Positions 43,959-58,285 of a DNA stretch of 64,000 bases are shown here, piece by piece. How positions within the stretch are numbered: position 1 is the first letter of the stretch; the number at the start of each line of letters is the position of its first letter. The position numbers were made by a program, and so were the translations under genes. The notes below the pieces were generated by a model, which saw only the letters and a program-made list of their open reading frames with translations, made no database searches and was not told the DNA's origin. The stretch is from contig JANZKA010000001.1 of the NCBI GenBank assembly GCA_025060975.1, positions 108,283-172,282 of the forward strand, read 5' to 3'. Source of the stretch: Candidatus Culexarchaeum nevadense (GTDB lineage Archaea; Thermoproteota; Methanomethylicia; Culexarchaeales; Culexarchaeaceae).

Positions 43959-44672
43959 TTGGTTGAAAACATGCCTATGAATAAGGGGGATTTCGTCTTA
44001 GTGAACTACACGGTAAAAGTTAAAGATACTGATGAAATTATCGACACGACAATAGAAGACGTTGCGAAAAAAGGGAATATATATCAAAAAGATAAGATAT
44101 ATGAACCTCTTCTTTTAATATTGGGTGAGGGGCAATTATTTAAAAAAATCGAAGAAGAAATTATGTCAATGCAACCCGGTGAGAAAAAGATAGTTGAATT
44201 GAAACCAGAAGATGCTTTTGGTCAAAGAGATCCAGCAAAGGTTAAGATAATTTCTGCAAAGGAGTTAACAAGTAGAGGTATTACACCTAAGCCAGGGATG
44301 AAAGTTGAAACAGATGAGGGGGTTGCTATCATTAGAAGTGTGGGTGGAGGTAGAGTAGTTATAGATTTAAATCATCCATTGGCAGGGAAAACTTTAATAT
44401 ATGAAGTTGATGTAATCAAGAAGATAGAAGACCTTAAAGATAAGATATTATCATTAGTACATAGACGGATACCATCAATTGATATATCAAAGTTTATTGT
44501 AGAAATTGATGAGGGAAAAATTAGAATAAATATCCCGGAAGATGCATATTTGCTAGAAGGTTTACAGTATATGAAGCGTAGTATAGTGAATGATATACAG
44601 CGATTTATTAAAAATATAAATAAAGTTGAATTCATAGAAGTTTATGAAATCAAACAAAAGGAAGCAACGTAA
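43959..44672 (+). CDS. FKBP-type peptidyl-prolyl cis-trans isomerase (long archaeal type with IF domain)
   Basis: GDFVLVNYTVKVKD..LGEGQLFKKIEEEIMSMQPGEK FKBP motifs and a C-terminal domain. Confidence 0.85.
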   Translation: MVENMPMNKGDFVLVNYTVKVKDTDEIIDTTIEDVAKKGNIYQKDKIYEPLLLILGEGQLFKKIEEEIMSMQPGEKKIVELKPEDAFGQRDPAKVKIISAKELTSRGITPKPGMKVETDEGVAIIRSVGGGRVVIDLNHPLAGKTLIYEVDVIKKIEDLKDKILSLVHRRIPSIDISKFIVEIDEGKIRINIPEDAYLLEGLQYMKRSIVNDIQRFIKNINKVEFIEVYEIKQKEAT

Positions 44673-44674
44673 AA

Positions 44675-45145
44675 TCATTTTTCCAATAATGGTGAGGATA
44701 TAACTTTGACAAGATCCTTTCCACCCATACAACAAATTGGTCCTAATATTTTTTCGATTTTTATTTTATCATCTTTAAACAATCCTGGCGGTTTACAATA
44801 CATAATGTTTGCACATGGAGTAAGGCAATTAATTGGATGATATCTTATAATAACTCCCTCTATCGCATTTTTACGTTCTATGGAAAGCTCTATTGACGCT
44901 AATTTAACTTCTACAATAGACACTTTACCATTTAATAATTTACAAAAATGTTCTTTGTCTCTAACATTTACTATTTCATACACTCTTCCTCGTTCGAGCT
45001 TATCTATACAAATTTTTTTAAGAATACAACCCATGCACTGTAAATTGTTCTTTTCGAAAATAAATTTGTAACCTCTTTTTGCAATTTCGCTATTAACTAC
45101 TGTTAAGATAATGTTACCCTTTGATGACACCTGTAATGGACGCAA
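44675..45145 (-). CDS. Cys-rich conserved archaeal protein (UPF0179-like)
   Basis: 156 aa with several CxxC/CC pairs. Identity tentative. Confidence 0.35.
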   Translation of the reverse strand: MRPLQVSSKGNIILTVVNSEIAKRGYKFIFEKNNLQCMGCILKKICIDKLERGRVYEIVNVRDKEHFCKLLNGKVSIVEVKLASIELSIERKNAIEGVIIRYHPINCLTPCANIMYCKPPGLFKDDKIKIEKILGPICCMGGKDLVKVISSPLLEK

Positions 45146-46181
45146 CGTTTTCTGCCTCCTTCCACCCTAAACTTTTTTCATGTAAAATGGTATATCTGTC
45201 TTTACGTATTTCTTTAGCTTTGATTATAGCTTCTATTACCTCATTCTCTTCAATACCCAACTCTTTGGCAGTAGTTGGTGCACCGATAATTGACAATGTT
45301 TGTTTTATACGTTGCCAGTTTCCTCCATGCAAATACATCATAATTATAGTACCAACACCACATTGTTCTCCATGTAAAGCTGGTTTTTTCGCTATAATAT
45401 CAAGCGCATGACTAAAAAGGTGTTCAGAACCGCTACAAGGTCTACTGCTTCCAGCAATACACATTGCTACTCCACAACTTATTAATGCTTCAACAACAGT
45501 TCTGACACTTTCTTCCTTTAATTCTCTAATATTTTTTGCATGTTTTACTATCAGATTTGCAGACATTAGCGCAAGTGATGCAGCATATTCACCATAATAT
45601 TCGTTTATACGTTTTTTAGCTAATCTCCAATCTCTAATGGCTGTGAATTTTGCTATAATATCTCCGCAACCACTCGCTAATAACTTGTATGGAGCTTTGA
45701 TTATTATATTTGAATCAGCAACAACTGCCAATGGAGGACTTGCCATAATTGAAGGTTTATATTTGCCGTTGAACAATTTTATAGACGCCATTGGCGATGC
45801 TATGCCATCATGACTTGCAGCTGTGGGAATGCTTATGTATGGAATTCCATTTTTAAGCGAAAGTAATTTAGCCATATCAATTATTTTTCCTCCACCAACA
45901 CCAAATATGCAATCAACATTACTTGATGTTTTTAGCTTCTCAGATATATTTTCAATTTCATAGATTGGGTTTTTTGCATTTAAAACATATAACTCGCTTT
46001 CCATGTTACTATTACTTAATATTTTGTATACATATTCTCCAGCCACTCCTTTAACGTGTGGACCTGTTAATATGATGATCTTTCCGTGTATTTTCAAGTC
46101 AGTGCATACATTGTTTATATGATCTATTGCGCCAGGTCCGACTAGTATTTTTTGAGGCAAAGCTATTTTATGTACACTCAT
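45114..46181 (-). CDS. egsA: glycerol-1-phosphate dehydrogenase [NAD(P)+]
   Basis: 355 aa. Iron-containing ADH/DHQS fold (GGGKIIDMAK, metal-binding His residues). Archaeal lipid backbone enzyme. Confidence 0.85.
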   Translation of the reverse strand: MSVHKIALPQKILVGPGAIDHINNVCTDLKIHGKIIILTGPHVKGVAGEYVYKILSNSNMESELYVLNAKNPIYEIENISEKLKTSSNVDCIFGVGGGKIIDMAKLLSLKNGIPYISIPTAASHDGIASPMASIKLFNGKYKPSIMASPPLAVVADSNIIIKAPYKLLASGCGDIIAKFTAIRDWRLAKKRINEYYGEYAASLALMSANLIVKHAKNIRELKEESVRTVVEALISCGVAMCIAGSSRPCSGSEHLFSHALDIIAKKPALHGEQCGVGTIIMMYLHGGNWQRIKQTLSIIGAPTTAKELGIEENEVIEAIIKAKEIRKDRYTILHEKSLGWKEAENVASITGVIKG

Positions 46182-46334
46182 ATATCATCCCCGACCAAAT
46201 GTCAATTTTTAATTTTAATAAGAATTAATGTGAATAAGAAGATAAATATATAACGAAGATAATTCTTAAATATTAGGGACATATTTCTTTAGTTGTAGTT
46301 TTTACATTGTTTAATTTTTTGGAGGGAAAAGAAA

Positions 46335-46997
46335 GTGTATGACAGTTATATAAACATGGGGAAGTACATGAAAAAAGATGGCAAGATAGTTGTAAGTGGA
46401 ACTACTACTGTAGGACTAGTATGCACGGATGGTGTGATTTTAGGTTCTGATAGGAGAGCTACCTCTGGATTTTTTGTTGCACACCCACATGTAAAGAAGA
46501 TATATAGGCTAGATGATCATATTGCAGCAACCATAGCAGGAGTTGTAGCTGACGCACAAAATATAATGGGGATAGCTAGCGCAAACATAAAGCTATATAA
46601 GTATACTCATAACAGACCAATTAGCGTAAAAGCTGCTGCAAATTTGATATCAAATATACTACTAAGTTCAAGGGTATATCCCTTTGTGGTACAATTGTTA
46701 GTGGGGGGGTATGATCATAACGGTCCCCATCTTTTTGCATTAGACCCTTATGGAACAGTTACTGAAGAAAAGTACACAGCAACAGGTTCAGGATCACCAA
46801 TGGCGATAAGTATACTGGAGGATTCATTTAAAAAGGGGATGTCCGTCAAGGACTCCATTGAAATAGTTGCGCGAGCAATTTCGTCGGCAATGAAAAGAGA
46901 TCCTGCAAGTGGCGGAGGTTATGATATAATAATAATATCAAAGGAAGAAGTGAAAGAAATTAGTAGCGAAGAGTTAACAATGTATAAACCAGTTTAA
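46335..46997 (+). CDS. psmB: proteasome subunit beta (copy 2)
   Basis: 220 aa. TTTVGLVCTDGVILGSDRR after the propeptide. Confidence 0.88.
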   Translation: MYDSYINMGKYMKKDGKIVVSGTTTVGLVCTDGVILGSDRRATSGFFVAHPHVKKIYRLDDHIAATIAGVVADAQNIMGIASANIKLYKYTHNRPISVKAAANLISNILLSSRVYPFVVQLLVGGYDHNGPHLFALDPYGTVTEEKYTATGSGSPMAISILEDSFKKGMSVKDSIEIVARAISSAMKRDPASGGGYDIIIISKEEVKEISSEELTMYKPV

Positions 46998-47016
46998 ATA
47001 AGAGTGGATTTGCGTA

Positions 47017-48930
47017 ATGAAGGACGTTAACTTGCGTATAAGAGAGGCTATAATAAAAAACATACTACTAGAGGCAGGAGTAACTAGAATAGAATTTGAA
47101 GGACCTGAAATTGCATTATACGTAACACGACGAGAGTTGTTAGTGGAGGAGGAGGTGCTAAAAAGGGTAGCTAAAGAAATTAAAAAGAGGATAATAGTTA
47201 GGAGCGATCCTAGTATTAGAATGGATAAGCAGAAAGCAATTGATTACATTTATAGAGAGATAAGGGGATTATCAGATAAGGTGGATGTGAAAAATGTATT
47301 CTTTGATGATACCTTCGGTGAGGTATATATAATAGTTGAAGGATTAAGTTATTTATCTGAAAAAAGTGAAGAAATTATTAAAAATATTACAGTGACAACA
47401 TCTTGGAAACCTAAATTAATTAATGACACCCCCATTAAGTCGACAATAAGCGAGTTCGTTATGAAACTTAGACTTCAAGAAGGGGATTTCAGAAGGAAGA
47501 TATTACGAGGAATAGGCTCGAGAATTCATAGACCATTAATTTTTCAATCGGGAGATATAAGGATGATTTGTTTGGGTGGTTTTAGGGAAGTTGGGCGCTC
47601 CGCTATTTTAATAGAGACAAGTGAAAGTTCAGTTTTGCTAGATTGTGGGGTAAAACCTGGTGCTATGCACCCACTTCAAAGCTTCCCAAGATTGGATTTG
47701 CCTGAATTTTGCATTGAAAAACTGGATGCAGTAGTTATTTCACACGCACACTTAGATCATTGTGGTTTTTTACCATATCTTTTCAAATATGGTTATGATG
47801 GCCCAGTGTATTGTACGCCTCCTACTCTTGATTTAATGACGTTACTTCAACTTGACTACTTACAAGTAGCAGGGAAGGAAGGAATTAAACCGCCGTACTC
47901 GATGCAAGACATACAGGAGACTATACTTCACACAATACCGGTGGAATATGGCGAAGTTACGGATATAGCTCCGGATATACGTTTAACATTTTATAATGCA
48001 GGACATGTTTTAGGTTCAGCAATTGTTCATTTACATATAGGTGAGGGAGAGCATAATATAGTATACACAGGAGATTTTAAATTTGGGAGAACAAAACTCT
48101 TAGAACCAGCAAATTATGTTTTTCCAAGAGTAGAGACATTAATAATTGAAGGAACATATGGAGGTCCAACTGATATATTACCACAGAGAATAGAAGCTGA
48201 AGCGAGGTTGATAGAAGTAATATTGAAAACGATAAATAACAATGGTAAAGTGTTGATACCAGTGCTTTCGGTTGGAAGGGCTCAGGAGATACTAGTTTTA
48301 TTAAATGAAGCTCTTGAAATGGGATACATAAAGCCAATACCCGTTTTCATTGAAGGTATGGTTCAAGAAGCAACAAGCATACATATGCTACATCCCTATG
48401 GGTTATCAAAAAAAGTTAGGGAAGATATTTTAATTAATAATAAAAACCCATTTTTAAATGAGTATTTCCATGTATTACCCTCATCAATTGATAGAGAGGA
48501 AATAGCAAGTGGAGAGCCATGTATAATAGTAGCCACTTCAGGTATGCTTACCGGTGGGCCTGCACTTTCATATTTCAAGCTTCTTGCCCCAGATGAGAAA
48601 AATTCAATAGTATTTGTATCCTATCAGATTCCAGGGACTGTAGGAAGAAGGGTTTTGAGTGGTATAAAGGAAATACCAATAGTTTCTGAAGACGGTAGAA
48701 GTGAAGTCATAAAGGTCAATATGAACGTTTATTCTATAGAAGGATTCTCAGGTCATAGTGATAGACGACAATTATTGGGATTTATGAAAAAGATAATGCC
48801 TAAACCAAATAAGGTACTGATTTGCCATGGTGAAGAAGAGAAGGTGGTTAATTTGGCTGAGACATTTTCCAATCTTTTTAAAGTGAATGCGTATGCTCCA
48901 CATAATCTTGAAGTTATAAGGATAAAGTAA
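47017..48930 (+). CDS. aCPSF1/FttA beta-CASP ribonuclease with N-terminal KH domains
   Basis: 637 aa. Two KH-like N-domains, then MBL (HAHLDHCG) and beta-CASP motifs. Confidence 0.88.
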   Translation: MKDVNLRIREAIIKNILLEAGVTRIEFEGPEIALYVTRRELLVEEEVLKRVAKEIKKRIIVRSDPSIRMDKQKAIDYIYREIRGLSDKVDVKNVFFDDTFGEVYIIVEGLSYLSEKSEEIIKNITVTTSWKPKLINDTPIKSTISEFVMKLRLQEGDFRRKILRGIGSRIHRPLIFQSGDIRMICLGGFREVGRSAILIETSESSVLLDCGVKPGAMHPLQSFPRLDLPEFCIEKLDAVVISHAHLDHCGFLPYLFKYGYDGPVYCTPPTLDLMTLLQLDYLQVAGKEGIKPPYSMQDIQETILHTIPVEYGEVTDIAPDIRLTFYNAGHVLGSAIVHLHIGEGEHNIVYTGDFKFGRTKLLEPANYVFPRVETLIIEGTYGGPTDILPQRIEAEARLIEVILKTINNNGKVLIPVLSVGRAQEILVLLNEALEMGYIKPIPVFIEGMVQEATSIHMLHPYGLSKKVREDILINNKNPFLNEYFHVLPSSIDREEIASGEPCIIVATSGMLTGGPALSYFKLLAPDEKNSIVFVSYQIPGTVGRRVLSGIKEIPIVSEDGRSEVIKVNMNVYSIEGFSGHSDRRQLLGFMKKIMPKPNKVLICHGEEEKVVNLAETFSNLFKVNAYAPHNLEVIRIK

Positions 48931-48935
48931 TCGAG

Positions 48936-49496
48936 TCATCTATTATATTCGTTTGGGAAATATTGCTTTAATGTTTCCCATAATTTATCGTTAACATGGT
49001 GTATGTTTCTTATAACTTTTCCACGTCGCATATTACGTATAGTGTCTGAGGAGAATATAGACACCCCAATAGCGATAACCATATTATGAGATTTTTCTAC
49101 TATCTGAACTATGGAATTTTCCTTAAAATCACCTATTATTTGAGAGATTCCGGGAGCCATTACATCAGCTCCATTAATTATATGTGGTATTGCTCCTTGA
49201 TCCACTACAATTTTTGGCAGACACTCCCCTACTTTATTTAGTATATTTATCGTAGGGTAAAGCTTATCACCCATTTCTATTAGTATTGGTTTGTTACCGA
49301 GTACGTATACGCTAATGCTATCTATGGAGAGATATTCGATTTTTATATCATTTACCATTACTATTTGCTCATATAGTTTGGGATACATAGGTTTTATTTT
49401 ATTTAATAAAAGTTTAATATCTTTATTTCTTAGGAAATATCTTTGTTTAACTTTTAACATAGTCACACTTATAAACAATACTAGAGGTTCAACCAA
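48936..49496 (-). CDS. PUA-domain protein (MCT-1/Tma20-like)
   Basis: 186 aa. C-terminal PUA (IINGADVMAPGI..). N-terminal pre-PUA-like region. Confidence 0.5.
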   Translation of the reverse strand: MVEPLVLFISVTMLKVKQRYFLRNKDIKLLLNKIKPMYPKLYEQIVMVNDIKIEYLSIDSISVYVLGNKPILIEMGDKLYPTINILNKVGECLPKIVVDQGAIPHIINGADVMAPGISQIIGDFKENSIVQIVEKSHNMVIAIGVSIFSSDTIRNMRRGKVIRNIHHVNDKLWETLKQYFPNEYNR

Positions 49497-49562
49497 TTAA
49501 ATGTACCGCTATTTTTAAATTTAAATATCTAAAAAAGTTATTAGGTATATCGAGGGAGTATC

Positions 49563-49790
49563 ATGTCTGAAACCACTACAAGCGAGGTTTTAGCTAAATC
49601 CTTAGGTGGAATGGTGTATGTGAAGTTGAAAGGAGAAAAAGTAATTAGAGGATTGCTTAAAAGTTTTGATCAACATTTAAATTTGGTTTTAGAAAACGCG
49701 GAAGAAGTTGAAGGAAACAATACAAAAACTCTTGGAACTCTAATAATTAGGGGAGATAATATAATTCTGATATCTCCAGTATCATTATAG
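49563..49790 (+). CDS. Sm-like archaeal protein SmAP1 (LSm)
   Basis: 75 aa. Sm1/Sm2 motifs (VYVKLKGEKVIRGLLKSFDQHLNLVL..RGDNIILI). Confidence 0.88.
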   Translation: MSETTTSEVLAKSLGGMVYVKLKGEKVIRGLLKSFDQHLNLVLENAEEVEGNNTKTLGTLIIRGDNIILISPVSL

Positions 49791-49799
49791 GTGTTCAGA

Positions 49800-49967
49800 A
49801 TGGTTAAAGGCACAACATCATTTGGTAAAGCAAGTAGTAAAAAAACACATATTGTATGTAGAAGATGTGGTCATCATTCATATAACATTAAGAAAAAACG
49901 TTGTGCACATTGTGGTTTTGGTCGTTCAAGCAGGATAAGGAAATATTCATGGAAATCAAATAAATAA
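49800..49967 (+). CDS. rpl37e: 50S ribosomal protein L37e (55 aa, missed by the ORF track)
   Basis: Manual translation gives [55 protein letters not shown], with C4 zinc finger. Conserved Sm-L37e gene pair. Confidence 0.85.
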   Translation: MVKGTTSFGKASSKKTHIVCRRCGHHSYNIKKKRCAHCGFGRSSRIRKYSWKSNK

Positions 49968-49972
49968 AATGA

Positions 49973-50046
49973 TGGACCGGGCGGGATTTGAACCCGCGAC
50001 CTCCTGCGTGCAAGGCAGACGCTCTTCCAGGCTGAGCTACCGGCCC
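49973..50046 (-). tRNA. tRNA-Ala (anticodon TGC) with G3:U70
   Basis: Minus-strand cloverleaf with acceptor GGGCCGG/CCGGUCC (G3:U70 wobble) and anticodon loop CUUGCAC. Confidence 0.85.
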
Positions 50047-50106
50047 ACTCTACTAAATGTATAAACAGATACTGGTGAATATTAAATTTTTGACATATAA
50101 TCATGG

Positions 50107-50182
50107 AGGCCGCCGGCGGGATTTGAACCCGCGACCTACAGGTCCACAGCCTGCCGCTCTTCCAGGCTGAGCTACGGCGGCC
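50107..50182 (-). tRNA. tRNA-His (anticodon GTG) with encoded G-1 (8-bp acceptor stem)
   Basis: Minus-strand cloverleaf with an 8-bp acceptor GGCCGCCG/CGGCGGCC and anticodon loop CUGUGGA. Confidence 0.8.
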
Positions 50183-50286
50183 AATTTGCTTAATTTTGAT
50201 TCTCTAACCATGTTAAATATGAGGTTTCCGATATATTTTATGTTTAGATCATTTAAAGGAGTTTTTATACTTTAAGTTTTATTTGT

Positions 50287-51543
50287 TTATTCCGTTATAT
50301 TATAGCGTAGGATGGCAGCTATACCTCCAAATGACTTTCTCAGCTGCTCTCCTTCTTCCGTTTCCGTTGAAATTAATTCTATTTTAACATTGTTTGCTTC
50401 TGCTTTTTCAATTATTTCATCTAGAAGATTTTGTTTGCACTTTATATTCATTTGCGCACCGCAATTTGGACACACTTCATTCAGCACTTTATTCTCATTT
50501 ATAATATCAATTATTTGTTCCTTTGAATAACCGCAGTTTGGACACATCATGATTATCTTTTCCAAATCTCCAAGAGCTGTTGATACAAGGATTTTTTCCA
50601 CAAGATTCATGGATAATAGTTTTTCGACTTCATTGAGTCCATATGTTATGCGGCTATCACCTTTAGCCAAATTTGATAAAAATTCTTGTACAACATTTTT
50701 CTCATGTATATACTTAATGTTCTGCAGTATGTCTTTGCTTCTATTTACAAGTTCATATATCCCTTCTTCACCTGTATATCCGGTATCTATAACACCTATA
50801 ACCTTTGATTTAAGTGTATAATGGAGGTACTCTCCTTTTACAAAGTCTTCTTTCGTTTTGCCAGGACCTCCTATGATCACCCCCTTTATTTCCACATCTG
50901 AGTTTAGAAAGAATTTTTCAGCATACTCTGCAATCCTTTTGTAAAATTCATGTGCCATTTGTTCAATAACTCGCTCATACCTCCTTTGAGACTGTCCTCC
51001 AGCATCATGTTTTCCAGGAACTCCGGAGGTTATTGTATCAAGTATACGTAATTGTCTACCCTTTAGAATGGCAAAAGTTGCTTCATTTCGATCCATTACT
51101 ATTAGACCATAAAATTCCTTTTCGCTAATGATCTCTTTAAGTGGGTCTAAGTAGAATTTGCTGTCACATCGATATAAGTATATATTGATTGGTTCTGGAG
51201 GTATAATTATGTGTATTTCCATATTTTCATTTCCAGGAATACCAGTGGACGTGTACCCACAAAAAATAATTAAACCATTTTCTGGAACTGATTTAAATAG
51301 TTTTAATCTCTGCATACATGATGTTAGGGCATCAAGCACATGATGTCTAGTTCGTCTATCTTTGATGTTACTGGCTTGAGAATATTCTTGTTTAAGAGCA
51401 TTCATGACATCAGATATCTGGCGTCCGGGAGGGATGTACAGACTTATGAGCTCAGTTCCTCTGCCTTCTTTAGCTTCCAATTCCTTAAGAAGTTTCCGAA
51501 ACTTATATTCATCAATTGAATTTTTCATAGTTAATCTATTCAA
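50287..51543 (-). CDS. prf1: peptide chain release factor aRF1
   Basis: 418 aa. NIKS-like domain 1, GGQ motif (HDAGGQSQRRYER) and a C-terminal Zn ribbon. Confidence 0.9.
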   Translation of the reverse strand: MNRLTMKNSIDEYKFRKLLKELEAKEGRGTELISLYIPPGRQISDVMNALKQEYSQASNIKDRRTRHHVLDALTSCMQRLKLFKSVPENGLIIFCGYTSTGIPGNENMEIHIIIPPEPINIYLYRCDSKFYLDPLKEIISEKEFYGLIVMDRNEATFAILKGRQLRILDTITSGVPGKHDAGGQSQRRYERVIEQMAHEFYKRIAEYAEKFFLNSDVEIKGVIIGGPGKTKEDFVKGEYLHYTLKSKVIGVIDTGYTGEEGIYELVNRSKDILQNIKYIHEKNVVQEFLSNLAKGDSRITYGLNEVEKLLSMNLVEKILVSTALGDLEKIIMMCPNCGYSKEQIIDIINENKVLNEVCPNCGAQMNIKCKQNLLDEIIEKAEANNVKIELISTETEEGEQLRKSFGGIAAILRYNITE

Positions 51544-51632
51544 TTTAACACACCAGCGTGTCTATTAGGTAATCCGAGATAGAAAAAGTGCCCCAAATCT
51601 TTATAAATATTTTCTTATTTAAAATTAACTAA

Positions 51633-52349
51633 ATGAGTAAGAAGGTAGTCATAAGGCTAGGTGGGCATGTATTATTTCATCAAGGTATCATTGATGTAAA
51701 TAGAGTGAAGGAAGTAGCTAATGTCGTTAAAAATCTTCATAGCAAAGGAGCGATCATAAGAATTGTGGTTGGAGGAGGAAATTATGCAAGGGATTACATA
51801 AATGTTGCTGATGCTCTTGGAGCTTCCGAATTTGAAAAAGATTATCTGGCAATAATAATTACGAGGGCAAACGCGTTTCTATTTACAATGGCACTTAAAG
51901 ACTATGCATACCCAAGAATCCCTCAAACATTGGAAGAGATATTGAACATAGATAGCCTGACAGATAAAATCATAGTTTGTGGAGGACTAGTTCCAGGTCA
52001 ATCTACCGTAAGTGTTGCGGCTATAGTCGCGGAAGCCATAAAGGCTGATTTCATTATAAATGTAACTAATGTAGATGGAGTGTATACATGCGATCCAAAA
52101 GTATATTCCGACGCAAAACTTATTAAAAAAGTTACAACACAGAGATTGAAGGAAATATTAAGAGAACAAAAGGTGAAAGCAGGATACTATGAATTAATAG
52201 ATCTTCACGCGATAAATATTATTGAAAGATCAAAAATACCTCTAAGAATAGTAAATGGAAACGATGTAAACAATATTATTAAAGCTTTCATGAACGAGGA
52301 TGTTGGCACTCTCGTAATTCCAGGAAAAAACAATACGATGAAAGAGTAA
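51633..52349 (+). CDS. pyrH: uridylate (UMP) kinase, archaeal type
   Basis: Amino-acid-kinase fold (IVVGGGNYAR, GGLVPGQST, VTNVDGVYTCDPK). Size 238 aa fits PyrH. Confidence 0.75.
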   Translation: MSKKVVIRLGGHVLFHQGIIDVNRVKEVANVVKNLHSKGAIIRIVVGGGNYARDYINVADALGASEFEKDYLAIIITRANAFLFTMALKDYAYPRIPQTLEEILNIDSLTDKIIVCGGLVPGQSTVSVAAIVAEAIKADFIINVTNVDGVYTCDPKVYSDAKLIKKVTTQRLKEILREQKVKAGYYELIDLHAINIIERSKIPLRIVNGNDVNNIIKAFMNEDVGTLVIPGKNNTMKE

Positions 52350-52359
52350 AATAAATATA

Positions 52360-52400
52360 CTAGAAAACTAGTAAAAATATTTAGCCCACACTAAAAATAG
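52360..52400 (+). promoter_or_regulatory. candidate rRNA operon promoter (A/T-rich TATA-like box AAAATATTTA)
   Basis: The only A/T box between the pyrH stop and the GC-rich leader. Position inferred, not mapped. Confidence 0.3.
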
Positions 52401-52499
52401 GCGGCGTCAACTAGACAGGGGATTAAATCCCTTGGATGAAAAGTTGGCCTCCAAGTGTGGGCAGAATCATGTGGACCTAAACCTTATTGCTTTAGGTCT

Positions 52500-52552
52500 G
52501 AAGAGGGCTCGAGCCCCCGTGAGTGCCCCCCACAAATTTAATTTAGATTATA
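52500..52552 (+). other. 5' arm of the 16S pre-rRNA processing stem
   Basis: GGGCTCGAGCCCCCGTGAGTGCCCCCCAC pairs with GTGGGGGGCCACGTGTGGGGGTCGGGCCC at 54075-54110 just 3' of the 16S. Confidence 0.55.
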
Positions 52553-52565
52553 GGCGGCCGTACTA

Positions 52566-54066
<1,501 letters not shown>

Positions 54067-54169
54067 TAAGTCATAACATGGGGGGCCACGTGTGGGGGTC
54101 GGGCCCGTTTAAATGCAATCTGAAGGAGTATTTCCTTCAGATGAAGGGCGGAGGGAAGTACATCCTTAT

Positions 54170-54228
54170 GATCGCCATGCATAGTTAGGAACGTGAAATG
54201 GTGTATTTTGCAAGTTATGCCACGAGTA
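54170..54228 (+). other. 5' arm of the 23S pre-rRNA processing stem
   Basis: ATCGCCATGCATAGTTAGGAA..GTGTATTTTGCAAGTTATGCCAC is reverse-complementary to 57283-57345. Confidence 0.7.
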
Positions 54229-54229
54229 A

Positions 54230-57280
<3,051 letters not shown>

Positions 57281-57282
57281 CG

Positions 57283-57345
57283 AGGTGGCATAACTTGCAA
57301 AATACACCAAACGATATTCCTAACTATGCATGGCGACACTAAGGG
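57283..57345 (+). other. 3' arm of the 23S pre-rRNA processing stem
   Basis: GTGGCATAACTTGCAAAATACAC..TTCCTAACTATGCATGGCGA is reverse-complementary to 54170-54228. Confidence 0.7.
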
Positions 57346-57676
57346 GGTGAGTGGTGGAGCAGGCGCCGGGCAGGGGATACCCCCTGCCTGAGGAAGCCCA
57401 CCCCCATTGTGGCACCGCAACCCCCTTATTCTTGGGGGTAGGATGAGAATCCTAGCATAGCACAGAAACGACACCCCTTCCAGTCAGATGAAGATGATGT
57501 AGCATAGGCCTTGCAAAAGGCCGAGCAAGCTATTGATGAGGCTGGAAGACTGGTTGCAACGGGCTAGCTTGCGGGGGTAAGGCCAAAAAGGAGCCTATGA
57601 GGGCCACATGAGGCTCGGGTAGGCCGCTTAGACGAATCCTGCTGAAAACAAAAGGTGGGCTACCACCACACACCCC

Positions 57677-58207
57677 CTACTTTAAACCACACAAAAACTC
57701 TTCCTCAATTATTTTAATTTCGGATTCATCTTTTGCCTTCAAGTAGGAATCAATTAACAGTTTATTTAGGGAGAAAAAAGTTTCACCCCATTTAAAAAGA
57801 GATAACAATCTTGCAGCAAGATTTAACCTTCCTATTATTATCAGAGCTGCTGCGAACGCTTCAACACTACTTAGAACGTATGGTTTTGCGTAGTTCGTTG
57901 GATTTGCAGCAAAAAATAAAGGTAATCTTCTCCCCATTCCAATGTTTTTAAATTTATCCAAAACAGCAGTATCCTTCCACGAACAATCTATGACTATTAA
58001 TCCCCACCTTTCTACCGTCGGTTTATCCAGTGCACTTAGCACCTTATTTGATAAGGGATTTAAGACTATAGAAGATTTATTTGCGTACTTCAGAGATGGA
58101 ATGAATTCAATAAGGCCATATTTTTTTAGTTTTATTGAAGTACATTTACGAGGATCACATTCATGCAAATGCCAAACATATAAAGGGGGTAACTCATCAA
58201 TCATCAA
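57677..58207 (-). CDS. tsr3: 16S rRNA aminocarboxypropyltransferase Tsr3 (DUF367)
   Basis: 176 aa. CDPRKCT motif near the N-terminus and a SPOUT-like fold of archaeal Tsr3 size. Confidence 0.65.
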   Translation of the reverse strand: MMIDELPPLYVWHLHECDPRKCTSIKLKKYGLIEFIPSLKYANKSSIVLNPLSNKVLSALDKPTVERWGLIVIDCSWKDTAVLDKFKNIGMGRRLPLFFAANPTNYAKPYVLSSVEAFAAALIIIGRLNLAARLLSLFKWGETFFSLNKLLIDSYLKAKDESEIKIIEEEFLCGLK

Positions 58208-58285
58208 AAAACACCATCAACATATAAAAATTCATTTGCTAAAGCTTAAATTTTAGTTTCATAATAAATTAAAAAGGAGAAAAAC

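Noticed and set aside
49874-50104. 76-aa ORF spanning tRNA-Ala and tRNA-His
   Set aside because: It overlaps two tRNA genes and is an artefact of the GC-rich tRNA sequence.
57346-57676. Specific identity of the GC-rich island as SRP RNA or RNase P RNA
   Set aside because: I could not find the universally conserved RNase P P4 strands or a convincing SRP helix 6/8 pair by eye. It is kept as an unclassified candidate ncRNA rather than a named feature.
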